Assembly (NCBI RefSeq): GCF_009914755.1
Contig: NC_060925.1
Source: the human T2T-CHM13v2.0 reference genome, Homo sapiens
DNA length: 64,000 nucleotides
Direction: 5' to 3' (one strand)
Shown here: positions 1 through 15,899 of the stretch, in pieces
Numbering within the stretch: the stretch's first letter is position 1
How the letters are laid out: every line of letters starts with the position of its first letter
Position numbers and translations under genes: made by a program
The notes under the pieces: generated by a model
Databases searched by the model: none
Seen by the model: only the letters and a program-made list of their open reading frames with translations
Told to the model about the DNA's origin: nothing

Positions 1-770
1 ATGTATTATCGAGGAAAATCACAGAGTCTCCTTCAGAAAGTGATGTTGGCCTGAAGGTTTGCACAGTGCCGTGTCTTCAGGCAGGGGTGAAGATGGCTAA
101 CCAGGTGAGATGTTTTCCAGCCCAGAAATTCTACAGTTCAAACCCTCGTTCACAGAGGTAAATAGCATCCCAGCAGGCTCACTTTCTATTGAGAGATCCA
201 AATCCCTGCAGGTAATAGGAGATGTGTGGGGACAAAGCAGGAGTCATGGGGAGGAAAGGCTGTGGGTCTGGGCAGCCCCTCAGCGGCCCCATTCTGTCCA
301 GAGAGGATAAGACAGAGAGAGACTCCTGATCTGCTGACCTGGTGCTGCTCTTTTCTGGCTTAGTGAGCTAGCTCCCTGCCCAACCACCCTGTAGCCCCAA
401 AGAAAGCTGAGAGCAGCAGGTGCAGAGCCTAAGGAGGGGAGTGGGCTTTCTCCTGTTACCCTCCAGGGATTGAGGTCCTGGGACAGTGCAGGGCAGCCAT
501 TCATCAGCCAGCACAAAGAGACAGTCTCTCAGCCACACAGAGACCAGGTCGGGTCACCTCAGACACTGGGGCATAACATCAGTGGGAACTTTAGAGGTGT
601 CTTAAAAAAAACCCTTTGGACTTTCACATCTAGTGGTATTGGCGGAAGGGTTGGGACAGGAAGGAAGCATTCTGTGGGAGATCCTGGGGAGGAAAAGGCA
701 AAGATAGGCCCCAGCTTCAGTGAAATGGAGGAGGGCAGGTGGAATCAAAAAGGCTAGAAAAATAGGAGTT

Positions 771-1259
<489 letters not shown>

Positions 1260-2243
1260 CTAAGAAGGAAAAGGAAGGGAAGGCAAAGGCCCAGGACTGG
1301 GTGGCCATATTTTCATCTAAAGAAAAAATGTGGCTGTGCCTTTTTCTGCTCTGAGCTTCCAGAGGAGGGAGGCTCTCTGTTTCCCTTCTGAGGCAGAGGG
1401 TGCAGTGTTTTAGTCTGGGGCAGGGATATCCTGCAGCTCCAATTTGGACAGGTCACCTTACTGACCCCTACCTTTGCCTCCTGTCCCCCTTCTCCTAATT
1501 AACACGAAACACACTGTAGCCCAGTCCCTGGTCAGTCTTGAAAACAGAGATAACTTTCATCAGAAAGGACAAAATGCAGATGCTTTCCTTGCTAAGCAAT
1601 CAGAAGTACTTAGAAATTGCCGTCACTCACAGCATCCTGAGTCTGTTGTGTGTAGCACAGTGGGCTAGAGCCTATTCCTGTTACAGTCACCAGAGCATCA
1701 GCTCTGTGATCCAGATAGAAAGCCACAGTTTTCATCAATGAATATGTCATGTGCCTAGCACAACACCGGACACTTCATGGATACAAGGATTCATTTCAGT
1801 CATCCTTTTCTTCAGGAGAGTCCTCATTGCCACCTAAGAGTCTGGACTGTGTGTAGCTTTAACTGACCGTCCACTTTCCTGGATGACAGTATCAGGCATG
1901 GCAATACCATCCCTCAACCCATACTTCACTGATATAATAAATACAAATGGATGCAAACAGGTGAGAATTACTTCATGGTCCCATCACAATCCACCAACCC
2001 ATCTACACAATCTCTACTCATATTCTCTGCCTTCCCTGCAGCTGTAATAGATGAAAAGTCTCCACTCCTACTTAGGGCCAACTCCTGCATTTTTGCACTG
2101 GATCCCATCCACCCTCACTTCTGTGTCTTTGCTCCTTGAAATTATACCCTGTCTTTCCTGAATCATCAGTTTCTCCTTCAACCCTAGATCATCCCCACAT
2201 ACAGAAAAACATGCCTTAATGTTGCCTACCTTAAAAAAAAAAC

Positions 2244-2600
<357 letters not shown>

Positions 2601-3325
2601 TTATCATTTTACAGCAAAACTCAAGATAGTTCTCTGTAATTACTCTACACTTTCTTACCTTTATTCACTCCTCAGCTCACTCCAGTTTGACTTCTGTCTT
2701 CACCACCCTGCTAACACTTCTCTTGTCAAAATCATCGACAGTCTCCATCTTGCAAAATCCAAAGGCTGAAGCCAGTTCAATTTCACCCATCATCATAAGT
2801 GTATGACATAATTGACTGCTCTCTCCTCCTTCCAGCTCTTCCCTTGAGACACTTCCTGGTACCCCTGCCTCACTGGCCATTCCTCTGTCTCTCCCTGGGC
2901 TCTTTTCTCCTCTCAATTCTCGCAAACCCACTCTCTAGGCAATTTTATTCCTTTGGCTTTAGAAACCAAGCTCTCTCCTAAGCTGCAGGCTTGCATATCC
3001 AAATGCTCATTTGACCTCTTCACTCAGCTGTTGTATTAGCTTCCTAGAGCTGCTTTAACAAAGTACTGCAAATTATGTGGCTTAAAATGGCAGAAATCTG
3101 TTGTCTTACAGTTCTGGAGGCTAGAAGTTCAAAATGAAGGTGTTGGCAGGGCCAGGCTGACCCCTCTAGGGGAGGATCCTTCCTTGCCTTTTCTAGCCCC
3201 AGGCGTTCCTAGGCTTGTAGCAGCATCACTCCAGTCTCTGCCGTCTTCATCACTGTGAGACCATCTTCTCTCTGTGTCTATGTCTTCATATGCTGTTCTT
3301 CTCTGTGTGTTTTTGCTGAACTTGA

Positions 3326-3817
<492 letters not shown>

Positions 3818-4818
3818 GATCTCTTTTTATAAAGATGATAGTTATATTGGATTAGAGCCACCCTCATGACCTTATCTTATTACATGTGCAAAGACCCTAT
3901 TTCCAAATAAGATCACATTGACAGGTATTGGGAATTAGGACTTTTTTGGGGGAGACACAAGTCAACCCATAACAGATGTCTACCAGGAACTTTGAATTTA
4001 ACATGTCCATGATGGAATTCTTGATTTCCATACCCTTTGCTCCCAATCGCTCCTCCTTCAGTAATAGGACCATCAGCGCTGTCCGAAAACGTAGAGAACA
4101 TCCTTGATTCCTCTCTTTTTCTCGCCCTCCCACAGCTAATCTATCAGCCAGACCCATTGCTCAAATCCAACCACTTCTGTCTGTCTCCCTGGCTGCCCCT
4201 TGAGTCTAGTGTTCTTGCCCCTCTCCTGGCTGACTGCGCCAGCTTCCTCCCTGGCCTCCTGCTTCCACTCATTCTTCCCACTACAGTCTACTTTCCATCT
4301 AAAAGCCAGAGTGAGTGTTTTAAAGCACAAATCAGATCACATCCCTCCCACTGCTTAAAACCTTCCAAAGACTTCTTACTGGAATTAGAATAAAATCCAA
4401 GCTTCTTAACTTGGCTTATGAGGTTTTACACGGTCTGACCCTTCTCTCGTTTACTACAACTCTCCCCAACACTCACCTCCTCTCCAGCTGCACAAGCCTT
4501 CCTTCTGGCTTCCCTGAACATTCCAAGATTGTTCTCGCTGAGGGCCTCACACTTGTTGTTTCTTCTGCCTGGAACACCCTTCCATCATCTTGGCATGAAT
4601 AACTTTGTCTCATCATTCCAGGTGTATCTCAAATGTTACCTCCTGAGAGAAGCTCCCTATTGCAATAGGCACTCTCTATCCCCTTACTCTATCTTACTTT
4701 ATTCATAGTTTTATTTCTAACTGAGAATGTTTTATTTATTGGCTTCTGTGTTACTATCCAACTCTCCTATTAGAATGTAAGGGGCCCCAATACCTACAGC
4801 AGATTCAGTACATAGTAG

Positions 4819-5546
<728 letters not shown>

Positions 5547-5859
5547 GGTAAAATATGTTTCTTCTTTATGAACAAGACAGTGACCCTTCCCCTGGGGAGC
5601 ATGTCCCAGAGAAAACCAGGTGCTGAACAACTTGTTAGCAACATTATCTCTGAGGATGGGTAAGTTCTCTGTCTTGGGGCCACAGAAGTTTCTCCAAACC
5701 TACACCACTCCTGACCCTTCCCTGCCTCCGCATCTCAGTAGATGATCTTGCTTTCTACTTCGCAGAGAAAACTGAGGTCTGGACCAGGAACTGTTGCCCC
5801 AACCTATTTCCTTCCCTTTCCTCCTTTCTGCCTGCCCTTCTGGAAAGAGTGTAGGCTTT

Positions 5860-6240
5860 GCATTCAAGCAAACACAGGTGCTAACTGTGGGTTTGTGAGT
5901 TACCTTGGGCAAATTACTTAACCTCTGAGTCTCAGTTTCCTCATCTGTAAAATGGTCGTGATAACACCTACCTCATTAGGTTGTCCTGAAGATTAAATGA
6001 AACATCCTATATCAACATGCCTGTCTTTTCATAGTTGCTCAGTAAATGGTCCATTCCTTTCTCTGACCCTCTCTCCCCAGCCACCTGATGAGATAAGTGC
6101 TATCCTTCCTGTTTTACAGATGAGGAAACTGAAGGCAAGTCTACTGATGTTCAAGTCTGTCAGTTAACTTACCCAAAGTCACATGTTGCTAAGTGGCAGG
6201 CCCTGAGTTAATTCCATATCTCAGACTCCAGCCCCAGGGG
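5860..6240. mobile_element. Two MIR fragments in opposite orientation
   Basis: MIR cores CTCAGTTTCCTCATCTGTAAAATGG and TTTTACAGATGAGGAAACTGA. Confidence 0.75.
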
Positions 6241-6411
6241 ATCGCGCTGCTACTGCAAAAAGCAAATGCGAAGACAATCAGTTGGCATTTTAATAATGCC
6301 GAATTAATTCAATTTAAAGATTGTTCCTTAGTCTGACATTTTGTCCATTCTCTCTCTCTCTCTCTCCCCACCACCCTTAGTGTTGTTAGAATGTCCTTTA
6401 TCTCTCTTTCT

Positions 6412-6707
6412 CTTTTTTTTTTTTTTTTTTTTGAGATAGGGTCTCACTCTGTCACTCAGGCTGGAGTGCAGTGGCACGATCTTGGCTCACTGCAGCCTTG
6501 GGCTCAGGTGATTCACCCACCTCAGCCTCCTGAATAGCTGGGTCTACAGGCATGTGCCACCGTGCCCAGCTAATTATTTGCATTTTTAGTAGAGATGGGG
6601 TTTTGCCATGTTGCCCAGGCTGGTCTTGAACCCCTGGCCTCAAGTGATCTGCCTGCCTTGGCCTCCCAAAGTGCTGGGATTACATGTGTGAGCCACTGTA
6701 CCCAGCC
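6412..6707 (-). mobile_element. AluJ
   Basis: GAGATAGGGTCTCACTCTGTC and CTGCAGCCTTG; TSD TAGAATGTCCTTTATCT. Confidence 0.9.
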
Positions 6708-7738
6708 TAGAATGTCCTTTATCTTAAGAAATGATTATTGTATTTTTTCCTTACTTGGAAAGAAAGCTAGCTATACAACATCCACCCCCTGCATTACAAA
6801 ACTGCCTTAAACAGCCTAGGTAGGCTGCCCCTCCTTATTTCTGGCAAAGGGCTGGCCCCAGAATGTGTGTATTAGAGGGGCTAAAGTTGGTGCTTTGGTT
6901 GGGAAGAGGAAGTCGAGGAATTGTCTAAAAGCTAGTTACATAACTATTAACCTTTTTTTGAAGGAATTAATGGAGAATTCAGAGAAATCAGAGCTTCTAC
7001 CCCACCACCCTCTGTCATTGCACTGCCCTGGCACATGGGCACAACGTCTTCTGAGAAGGGACACAAACTGCTCAGACATGCGGCATCCTCCCTGTAGTCC
7101 TCCTTTCCTGGCCAGTTGGAGAACGATCTCTGCCTTTCAGTTCTGAACAGCTTCCAGCATGCCCCATAGGGAACATTTTGGATTTGAATGAAGAGCATAA
7201 AAATGTGGTCAGCATATTGGCCTTGGTATTTGATTTTCTTTTTTCCATGCAACCGGCCCCAGGAGGTGACTGACAAGTTGGGCCAAGTGCACTGAAAGCC
7301 CTGTCTCGGCTGGCCCATAACTCCTGAGCTACACAGACCCCTAAGGACCCCGTGAGCCAGCAGAGAGCCATAAATCCAGCAAGCTGGAGGCTGGGAGCTC
7401 ACTGATTGCACTGGGGAAAAGCAGCCTGATCTGATTGCTATGTGAGCTGGAGAGAGAAAAGGTGGTAACTGGAGTGCTGGAAATACAACGACTTTGGAAC
7501 AAAATGAAGCAACAGAGGAATGGCAGGAGGGACTGTGGTTTTCTCATCTGTACAACAAAGGGGCTGGATTGGACTGCCTCTGAAGCCCTTTCATCACAGA
7601 AATTCTGTGTTTCTCTTTGTAACTAAGGTCAAACAGATGTGGGAGGGTGTCAGGATGGGAAAGCAAGATCGGGGGACCCAGAGAAGCCAGAAGAGGCAAC
7701 GAGGAGGCCAACATATTTACTGCCCAATTACTATCACA

Positions 7739-8035
7739 TTTTTTGGTGTGTGTGTGAGACAGGGTCTCACTCTGTCTCCCAGACTGGAGTGAAGTGGTGT
7801 GATCTCGGCTCACTGCAAACTCCGCCTCCCAGGTTCAAGCGATGCTCATACCTCAGCCTCCTGAGTAGCTGGGATTACAGGCACATGCCACCACACCTGG
7901 CTATTTTTTTATTTTTAGTAGAGATGGGGTTTCACCATGTTGGCCAGGCCGGTCTCGAACTCCTGGCCTTAAGCCACTCACCTGCTCAGCCTCCCAAAGT
8001 GCTGGGATTACAGGTGTGAGCCACTGCACCCGGCC
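7739..8035 (-). mobile_element. Alu (S/J)
   Basis: TSD ACTATCACATTT. Confidence 0.9.
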
Positions 8036-8363
8036 AACTATCACATTTAATTCTCAGAATAACAAGTGAGATAGATATAGTTATCGCTATTTTACAGAGA
8101 ACACTGAAGTACAGAGGCTACATTAATATCTCAAGGTCACAAGGCTCCGTGCTCAGGCTGGGATTCCAACCCAGGCAGTCTGACCCAGAGCCTGCACGCT
8201 TGGTCATGAAGCCCTCTCGCCTGAGTATGCAATGTGACCAGGAAAACCCTGGAGGAAACATGTACACAACTTGTGTTTCCTTACTTTTAAGGGTAAGAGT
8301 GGAAAACAGATAGTCCCCATGGAGTAGATTGTCCAAAATACACATCTGTCTTCTGGGAAAGAG

Positions 8364-8366
<3 letters not shown>

Positions 8367-8400
<34 letters not shown>
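8367..8400. repeat. (TG)n microsatellite
   Basis: About 17 TG units. Confidence 0.95.
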
Positions 8401-8403
<3 letters not shown>

Positions 8404-8429
8404 ATAGGGGATGTAACAGACAGAACCAA

Positions 8430-8650
8430 GAAGCATGTAGGTGAAAATATTTAATAGGGATGAATGTAAATTCCTGTACCTGGGCACAGAATCCCCATTA
8501 TATAAAAATAGAATAGAGAGTTAGGATCAGAAAGCATCAATTTAGGGGCTTCACCTGACAGTAAGCTCAGGTTGAACACCAGTGTGGTGAGGCTTCCAGA
8601 AAAGCCCACCACAGGGCTGCATCAACAGAAGGGAAGTGTCCCACACCAGG
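8430..8650 (+). mobile_element. L3/CR1 fragment
   Basis: AATGTAAATTCCTGTACCTGGG...AAGCTCAG...CAGTGTGGTGAGGCT...GGCTGCATCAACAGAAG resembles the CR1/L3 ORF2 region. Confidence 0.55.
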
Positions 8651-8662
8651 ACAGAACCCTTA

Positions 8663-9124
<462 letters not shown>

Positions 9125-9914
9125 TTACACCATACATCACAACGTCAGTTTTCCTATCTGCAAAAGGGGTTTATTAGTAGGGACGGCATAGAGATTAAAT
9201 GAGGTAATGCATGTAAAGTGCTTAGCTGGGGGCTGGACATAATAAACGTTAGCTGCACCAGCCGTTATTAAACCCTGAGCATGCTCACCTCAGACAAGGG
9301 GTGCATCAGGGACCTGGCTGGAGGATCAAGCACAGGGATCTCCATGGCATGGGTCCAGAGTCACAGCTCTGCATGTAGCTTAGTGAAGCCAAAGGCCCCA
9401 CAAGTTGTTCCTCATCCTCTGACATAAGTTCTATTAAACCTCAGCAGCTCATTCTTCTTGGTGGTAGTGAGTTCTCTTAGTGATCAAAGCACAAAGGTGT
9501 CTGGCTAGCACTGTTCCCTCCTTTTGGGCAGGCTAGTTGGGTGGGCAGGGAGTGCAGGGGCCATGGGACCAGCAGGGCCCCCAGTGACTGCCAAGGTCCA
9601 AGGCACCTCCTGCTGGCTCATTCAGCCCCCTCCTGTTCTGGTCCTTCCCCTTCCCCAGCCCACAGCCCCATCTTGTCCTCCTCCACCCTCCTTGCTCTCT
9701 TGCTGGGAGCAGGGACAGCAATGCTAGTCTCCCCTTTGACGCTTTTCCTGAACATTGGCTGAGCATCAGTTTCCTACACTGGCAGAAGCGAGACACACAG
9801 TAGGCTTTCAAGGACAGAGAGGAGGAGGACTGAATGCTTAGAAGACAGCAAAGTACATCACAGGCTGTTGGGTTGGAAAGCACCTGCAGGATCACCTAGT
9901 TTAATCCTTAGACT

Positions 9915-10098
9915 TGGTGGTTTTCTAACTGTACTGAGCATAGAATTATTTGCGGTAGATTGTTTAAATGCAGATTCCCGGGCCCTACGTACTGAAATAC
10001 AGTCTCTTGGGTGGATTCCCAGGAATTTCATTTGTAACCAGCTCCAGCAGGTGATAGCCCATGCAGGTGGTCTGGGTGGACATTTTGAGGAACACTGC
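9915..10098. mobile_element. MER5 (hAT-Charlie) DNA transposon
   Basis: AAATGCAGATTCCCGGGCCC...CCCAGGAATTTCATTTGTAACCAGCTCC...TTTGAGGAACACTG. Confidence 0.75.
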
Positions 10099-11111
10099 CC
10101 TTATTCCTGACTCCTCTCCATATTTCTACTACATTCCTGCCACATAGCCATGAGAAAACTCACAGAAAAGAGTTCACAGAACGCCTCTGCTCTCAACTCA
10201 TTCACAGTCTAGCTGGAGACAGAGGACAGCCACAGGAGCAGTTAGTGCTCAGGTCTTGACCGAGGGCCTGCCATGGGAGTTCAGAGGCAGGCTGGCCCAA
10301 CTCAAGGCTCCGGGAGGAGACAAGGTTTGAGCAGGGCCAGGACAACCGGATATGGTTTTCTTCCCTAGTCAGCTAAGATCTGTTCTTAGTGGAGGTGCTC
10401 AATTAGCCAAGCTCATGAATTCTGCATGTCTGACTGACTTTCATCCACCTCCCTCTCCTCCCTTCAGATGGAGCCCTCTGCTCTCTGGGATGTAATTACG
10501 ATATCTGGCCTGTTTTAATGAAGGCAAAAATATTCAGTATTTGTATGCGACTTCTCCCATGTTGGAGAGGGTGGGAGGGGGCAGGGCAGGGAGGCGGAGC
10601 CTTGGGAGAATGAGAGACTAATAACCGCACCTTTGCACTACCATCTAGCGTCTCAGTTCACAAAGTCCATTCGCAAGTATTTTCTCATGGAATCTATGGC
10701 CCTACCACGGTGGCCAAGTGTTTTAGAACCATTTGTGCCAGCAAGGTGTGTCTGCATGGTGTTTTAAATGATGTTGACATTATGTCAGCTCAAGTAAATC
10801 AATATTTCCATGTCAACCAACTCATTTAGCTGAGAGTTCACATACCAGGATATCAGTTAACTTACATCAAAAATGTTTCATTAGGAAGTCAGTTTTTATT
10901 TCTCTTATTGTTCATGGTGATGTTCACTGACCTATTCCTAGCATGTTACACTAACCTTGAACTGTTGATTGGAATAAGCACAATTATTTTACAAACCACT
11001 AGAAAAATAAAGAGTTTTATTAGTTACTATACAACCATTGGTTGTAAACTATGTGCCAATTTCAAAGATACTAAAATTTGAAAAATAATGCATGTTTAAA
11101 TCTGTAAAATG

Positions 11112-11426
<315 letters not shown>

Positions 11427-11465
11427 TCAGGAAAATGGTCTAGGTGACAATGGACACAACAATAA

Positions 11466-11784
<319 letters not shown>

Positions 11785-12064
11785 GGCACATGAATTTTTT
11801 TACTCAACATTGATCCCAAATTCAATAGCAAATGGGAGAGGTACAGAAGGAGAGAGGTGAGAGGCAGTTTCCAACTTATCAAGCTAGAAGATCATAGACC
11901 ATTCTTCTTATGCTCTAAAAGAGCATAGAGACTTAAAATTTTACAGTTCCATTTCATAGGTGAAATTATCAGTGCTCCAAGACATACATGGCTGCTCAAG
12001 GCCACACAGGTAGGAGTGGCATGGAACTCAACACTAGGGCTTCTGCTTCAAAATTCAGTGACCT

Positions 12065-12775
<711 letters not shown>

Positions 12776-12778
12776 TGA

Positions 12779-12941
12779 AAGAAAGGAAGGAAGGAAAGAG
12801 GGAGGGAGGGAAGGAAGGAGAAAGCAAGAAAGAGGAAGGAAGGCAGGAAGGAAGGAAGGAAAGAAGGAAGGAAGAAGGAAGGAAGGCAGGCAGGAAGGAA
12901 GGAAGGCAAGCAGGAAGGAAGGAAAGAAGGAAGGAAGGAAG
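12779..12941 (+). repeat. Interrupted (GGAA)n/(GGCA)n purine microsatellite
   Basis: About 160 bp of GGAA-type units. Confidence 0.92.
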
Positions 12942-13023
12942 TCAGGGAAAATCGAATATTCCATGTTCCCTCCTCCCTGGTACTGTGCAGCCCTGGTCTG
13001 CAGGCTGGCACAGCAAGTGCCTA

Positions 13024-13040
13024 CCATGCAGGGGGCGCTG
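13024..13040 (+). promoter_or_regulatory. CTCF-like motif
   Basis: CCATGCAGGGGGCGCTG compared with the consensus CCASYAGRKGGCRS. Confidence 0.45.
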
Positions 13041-14503
13041 AATAAATTGTTGATAGAATCGGGGGTCGCCGCTGTTTTAGAGAATTTAGGAAATCCCCAG
13101 AGAAAAGACAGCGCTTTGCTCTGGAGGTCACAGTCAGGAGGCTGGGGGTGGAGGTGGGCAGAGAGAAAAAGAAGTGAGAAAAGAGAGCTGTGGAGGGACA
13201 GGCAAATGGGAGAAACAGGGAAAAAGGAAAGAAAGAAGAGAGAAAAGTGGGGAAGGGGAAAGGGTCTTTTCTCCAGAGAAAGCAGGGCAGGAAGGAGAGA
13301 AGAGCGTGGGCTGAGGTGAGTGGAGGAAGGAGGGGCAGCGGGGAGAAGCTGGGGCAGCTGGAGAGCTAAGGTGCCAGAGGAGAGGGCACAGCGGGCACTT
13401 GGCAAGCCCACTCCCCACCCTCCACCTGGGTTGTGCCCCTCCTCCTCCCACAGGAAGATGAGCAGAGCTGGCCTGAGATCATCTGTCTTCATTACACCGT
13501 CCCCACCAGCCCTGTCACTTCTTGCCAGAAAACTCATCAATATTCCCCTGAGACTTGCCAGCCCCAGCCCCTTTCCTCCCCTGCCCCCACCCCAGCCCCC
13601 CACCATCCTCCAAGGCCATGTGCCTGGACCATCTGATGAGCACACCCGAGTCCTCCGCTCCAGGGTCCCTGCTCTTCTCTCTCTCCTCGGCAGATCCAAC
13701 CAGGGCCCTCCCTCCTGGCCGCAGGGTCCGTGCTAGGGAGGAAATGGACGCATTCCCTGGAGCTGGGGAGAAGCCTTCCTGGAAGCCAGCCGGGCTGAGA
13801 GGAGCTATCTCAGTGTGTCAGCCCCATGGGGAAGACATCCTTGACCCCTGTGTTTGAAATTTCAAAGCACCCCCCAGCACTTGGTATCCCTTGCATGTAC
13901 TTCATTTTTCTCTAGTCTAAACCCTTGACCGTTGTCTAGTATGGGCTCTGTATATATAACCTATAGTGCATATTTACGTTGTTTATTCATCTCCTCCTTG
14001 TAGAATACTCTGGGAGGGCAGGGCTTATGTCAGATGCGTTCACTGCTGCATACCCACGCCTAGGACTGTGCTGGGAACATAAGTGGAATGAATGAGTGTT
14101 GCAGTGTTGGGTTTGGACGCCCAGCAGCAAAGTGTTGGCACCTTCTGGGTGCCTAACAGCCTCACTAAAGATTGGGATAGGGAAGTTTCAGTACTGAAAT
14201 CCAATGGCTTCAATACCAAGAAACAAAAGCAGAAGCCAGATTTAAAAATTCCTCTGATTCTCACCCATCCAGTGGCCTCTGTTACCTTTAGAATAAAACT
14301 CAAACTGTTTCCCAACCTGGCCCAACTTGATGAGGCCCCTGGCTGCATTTTTCATCTCATTTCCTACTAAGCTCTGCCTCATTCACTCTGCAGAAGCCAC
14401 TGTGGACCTCTTGCAGCTGCTCCAACCCTTGTCCCAACCTACCAAGGTTATTCCCCACTCAGTGTTTTAGCACCACAGCCCAGACTTTAATACAGGCAGG
14501 TGA

Positions 14504-14576
14504 GCCCGGAGAGCTCAGTGGGTAGAGCATCAGACTTTTAATCTGAGGGTCCAGGGTTCAAGTCCTCGTTCGGGCA
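14504..14576 (+). tRNA. tRNA-Lys(TTT), degenerate copy (probably tRNA-Lys-TTT-8-1; likely a retrocopy with low activity)
   Basis: 73-nt cloverleaf GCCCGGAGAGCTCAGTGGGTAGAGCATCAGACTTTTAATCTGAGGGTCCAGGGTTCAAGTCCTCGTTCGGGCA. Anticodon TTT at 14537-14539; B box GGTTCAAGTCC. Differs from canonical tRNA-Lys3 at U8G, C17G, C63U, U64C and G73A. Confidence 0.95.
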
Positions 14577-14585
14577 TCCTATTTT
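14577..14585 (+). terminator. Pol III trailer and minimal T4 terminator after the tRNA
   Basis: TCCTATTTT lies immediately 3' of the discriminator base; there is no encoded CCA. Confidence 0.55.
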
Positions 14586-14881
14586 GGCTGGGCACGGTGG
14601 CTCATTCCTGTAATCCCAGCACTTTGGGAGGCTGAGACGGGAGGATCACAAGGTCAGGAGTTCGAGACCAGCCTGGTAAGTATGGTGCAAACCTGTCTCT
14701 ACTAAAAAGTGCAAAAATTAGCCGGGCATGGTGGCGTGTGCCTGTAATCCCAGCTACTTGGGAGGCTGAGGCAGGAGAATTGCTGGCAGGGTGAAGTTGC
14801 AGTGAGCCAACATCGTGCCACTGCACTCCAGCCTGGGTGACAGAGTGAGACTCTTGTCTCAAAAAAAAAAAAAAAAAAAAA
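14586..14881 (+). mobile_element. AluS (Sg-like) fused to the tRNA-Lys
   Basis: GGCTGGGCACGGTGGCTCA start, GATCACAAGGTCAGGAGTTCGAGACC (2-nt deletion type), small deletion in the right arm, A21+ tail. Confidence 0.93.
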
Positions 14882-15256
14882 AATACAGGCAGGCAACTGG
14901 CTTCAGACAGCCTGTCCCTCATTCTATTTAGGTCTCAGCTAGAATCTCACCTCCTCAGAGATGCCTGCCCTGACCACCTAAGCTAACACAGCATCCCCCA
15001 TCCCTCTCCAACCCCTGACCTGCTTTTTCCCTTCTGGTGCTACCTGACTGTATAGTACATATGTTTGTTTATGGCTCTTTCATTAGAGTGTAAGCTCCAT
15101 GAGGGCAGGAACTTTGGTTCACCCCAGGTAGTAGGTGCTGTTGGTACTCTGCTCACCTCCTTTGCTCTAACTACAGAGCAGTGCTTAACCATCCACCAGC
15201 ATCTGCCTTTCTTTGCCAGATGGCTTTCTCCTGCGGTACCTGCTTTGCTTGCCTTG

Positions 15257-15630
15257 TGATATGGCTTGGCTCTGCGTTCCTACTCAGATCTCACCTTGAC
15301 TTGTAATAATCCCCATGTGTCAAGGGCGGGACCAGGTGGAGATAATCGAATCATGGAGGTGGTTCCCCCATACTGTTTTCATGATAGTGTGTTCTCACCA
15401 GAGATCTGATGGTTTTATAAGGGGCAGAATTCCCCCTTTGGTCAGCTCTCATTCTTCTCCTTCCTGCTGCCATGTGAAGAAGGACATGTTTGTTTCCCCT
15501 TCTGCCATGATTGCAAGTTTCCTGAGGTCTCCCCAGCCCTGCAGAACTGTGAGTCAATTAAATCTCTTTCCTTTTTAAATTACCCAGTCTCAGGCAGTTC
15601 TTTATAGCGGTGTGAAAACGGACTAATACA
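15257..15630 (+). mobile_element. THE1 (THE1C-like) MaLR solo LTR
   Basis: TGATATGG...ACTAATACA termini; perfect 5-bp TSD CCTTG (15252-15256 and 15631-15635). Confidence 0.92.
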
Positions 15631-15899
15631 CCTTGCATCCAGCAAAAGGTAATTCTCAGAAAACTAACACACACCCCAGAAACCCTCAACCAATGGCAGT
15701 TAATAGCTCTCGGGTAGCAAGTATTATTACTAGCATATTTAGTGAACCTGAGGTATTTTGAGTATAAACAAGTGTTATAAGTAGAGGAAGGGATCCTACT
15801 AGTGTGTAAAATAAGAAGTATGAGCTTGGATTGAGGTGTTCTGGTTGGTTGCCTCAGTGGGTGATGATGATTAGGGTAGAAACTAATCGTTGTTGGGAG

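Larger units (their letters stand above)
14230..15115 (+). mobile_element. L2 3' region hosting the tRNA-Alu insertion
   Basis: TTTAGAATAAAACTCAAACT upstream; GGTCTCAGCTAGAATCTCACCTCCTCAGAGATGCCTGCCCTGACCACC and TAGAGTGTAAGCTCCATGAGGGCAGG downstream. Confidence 0.7.
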
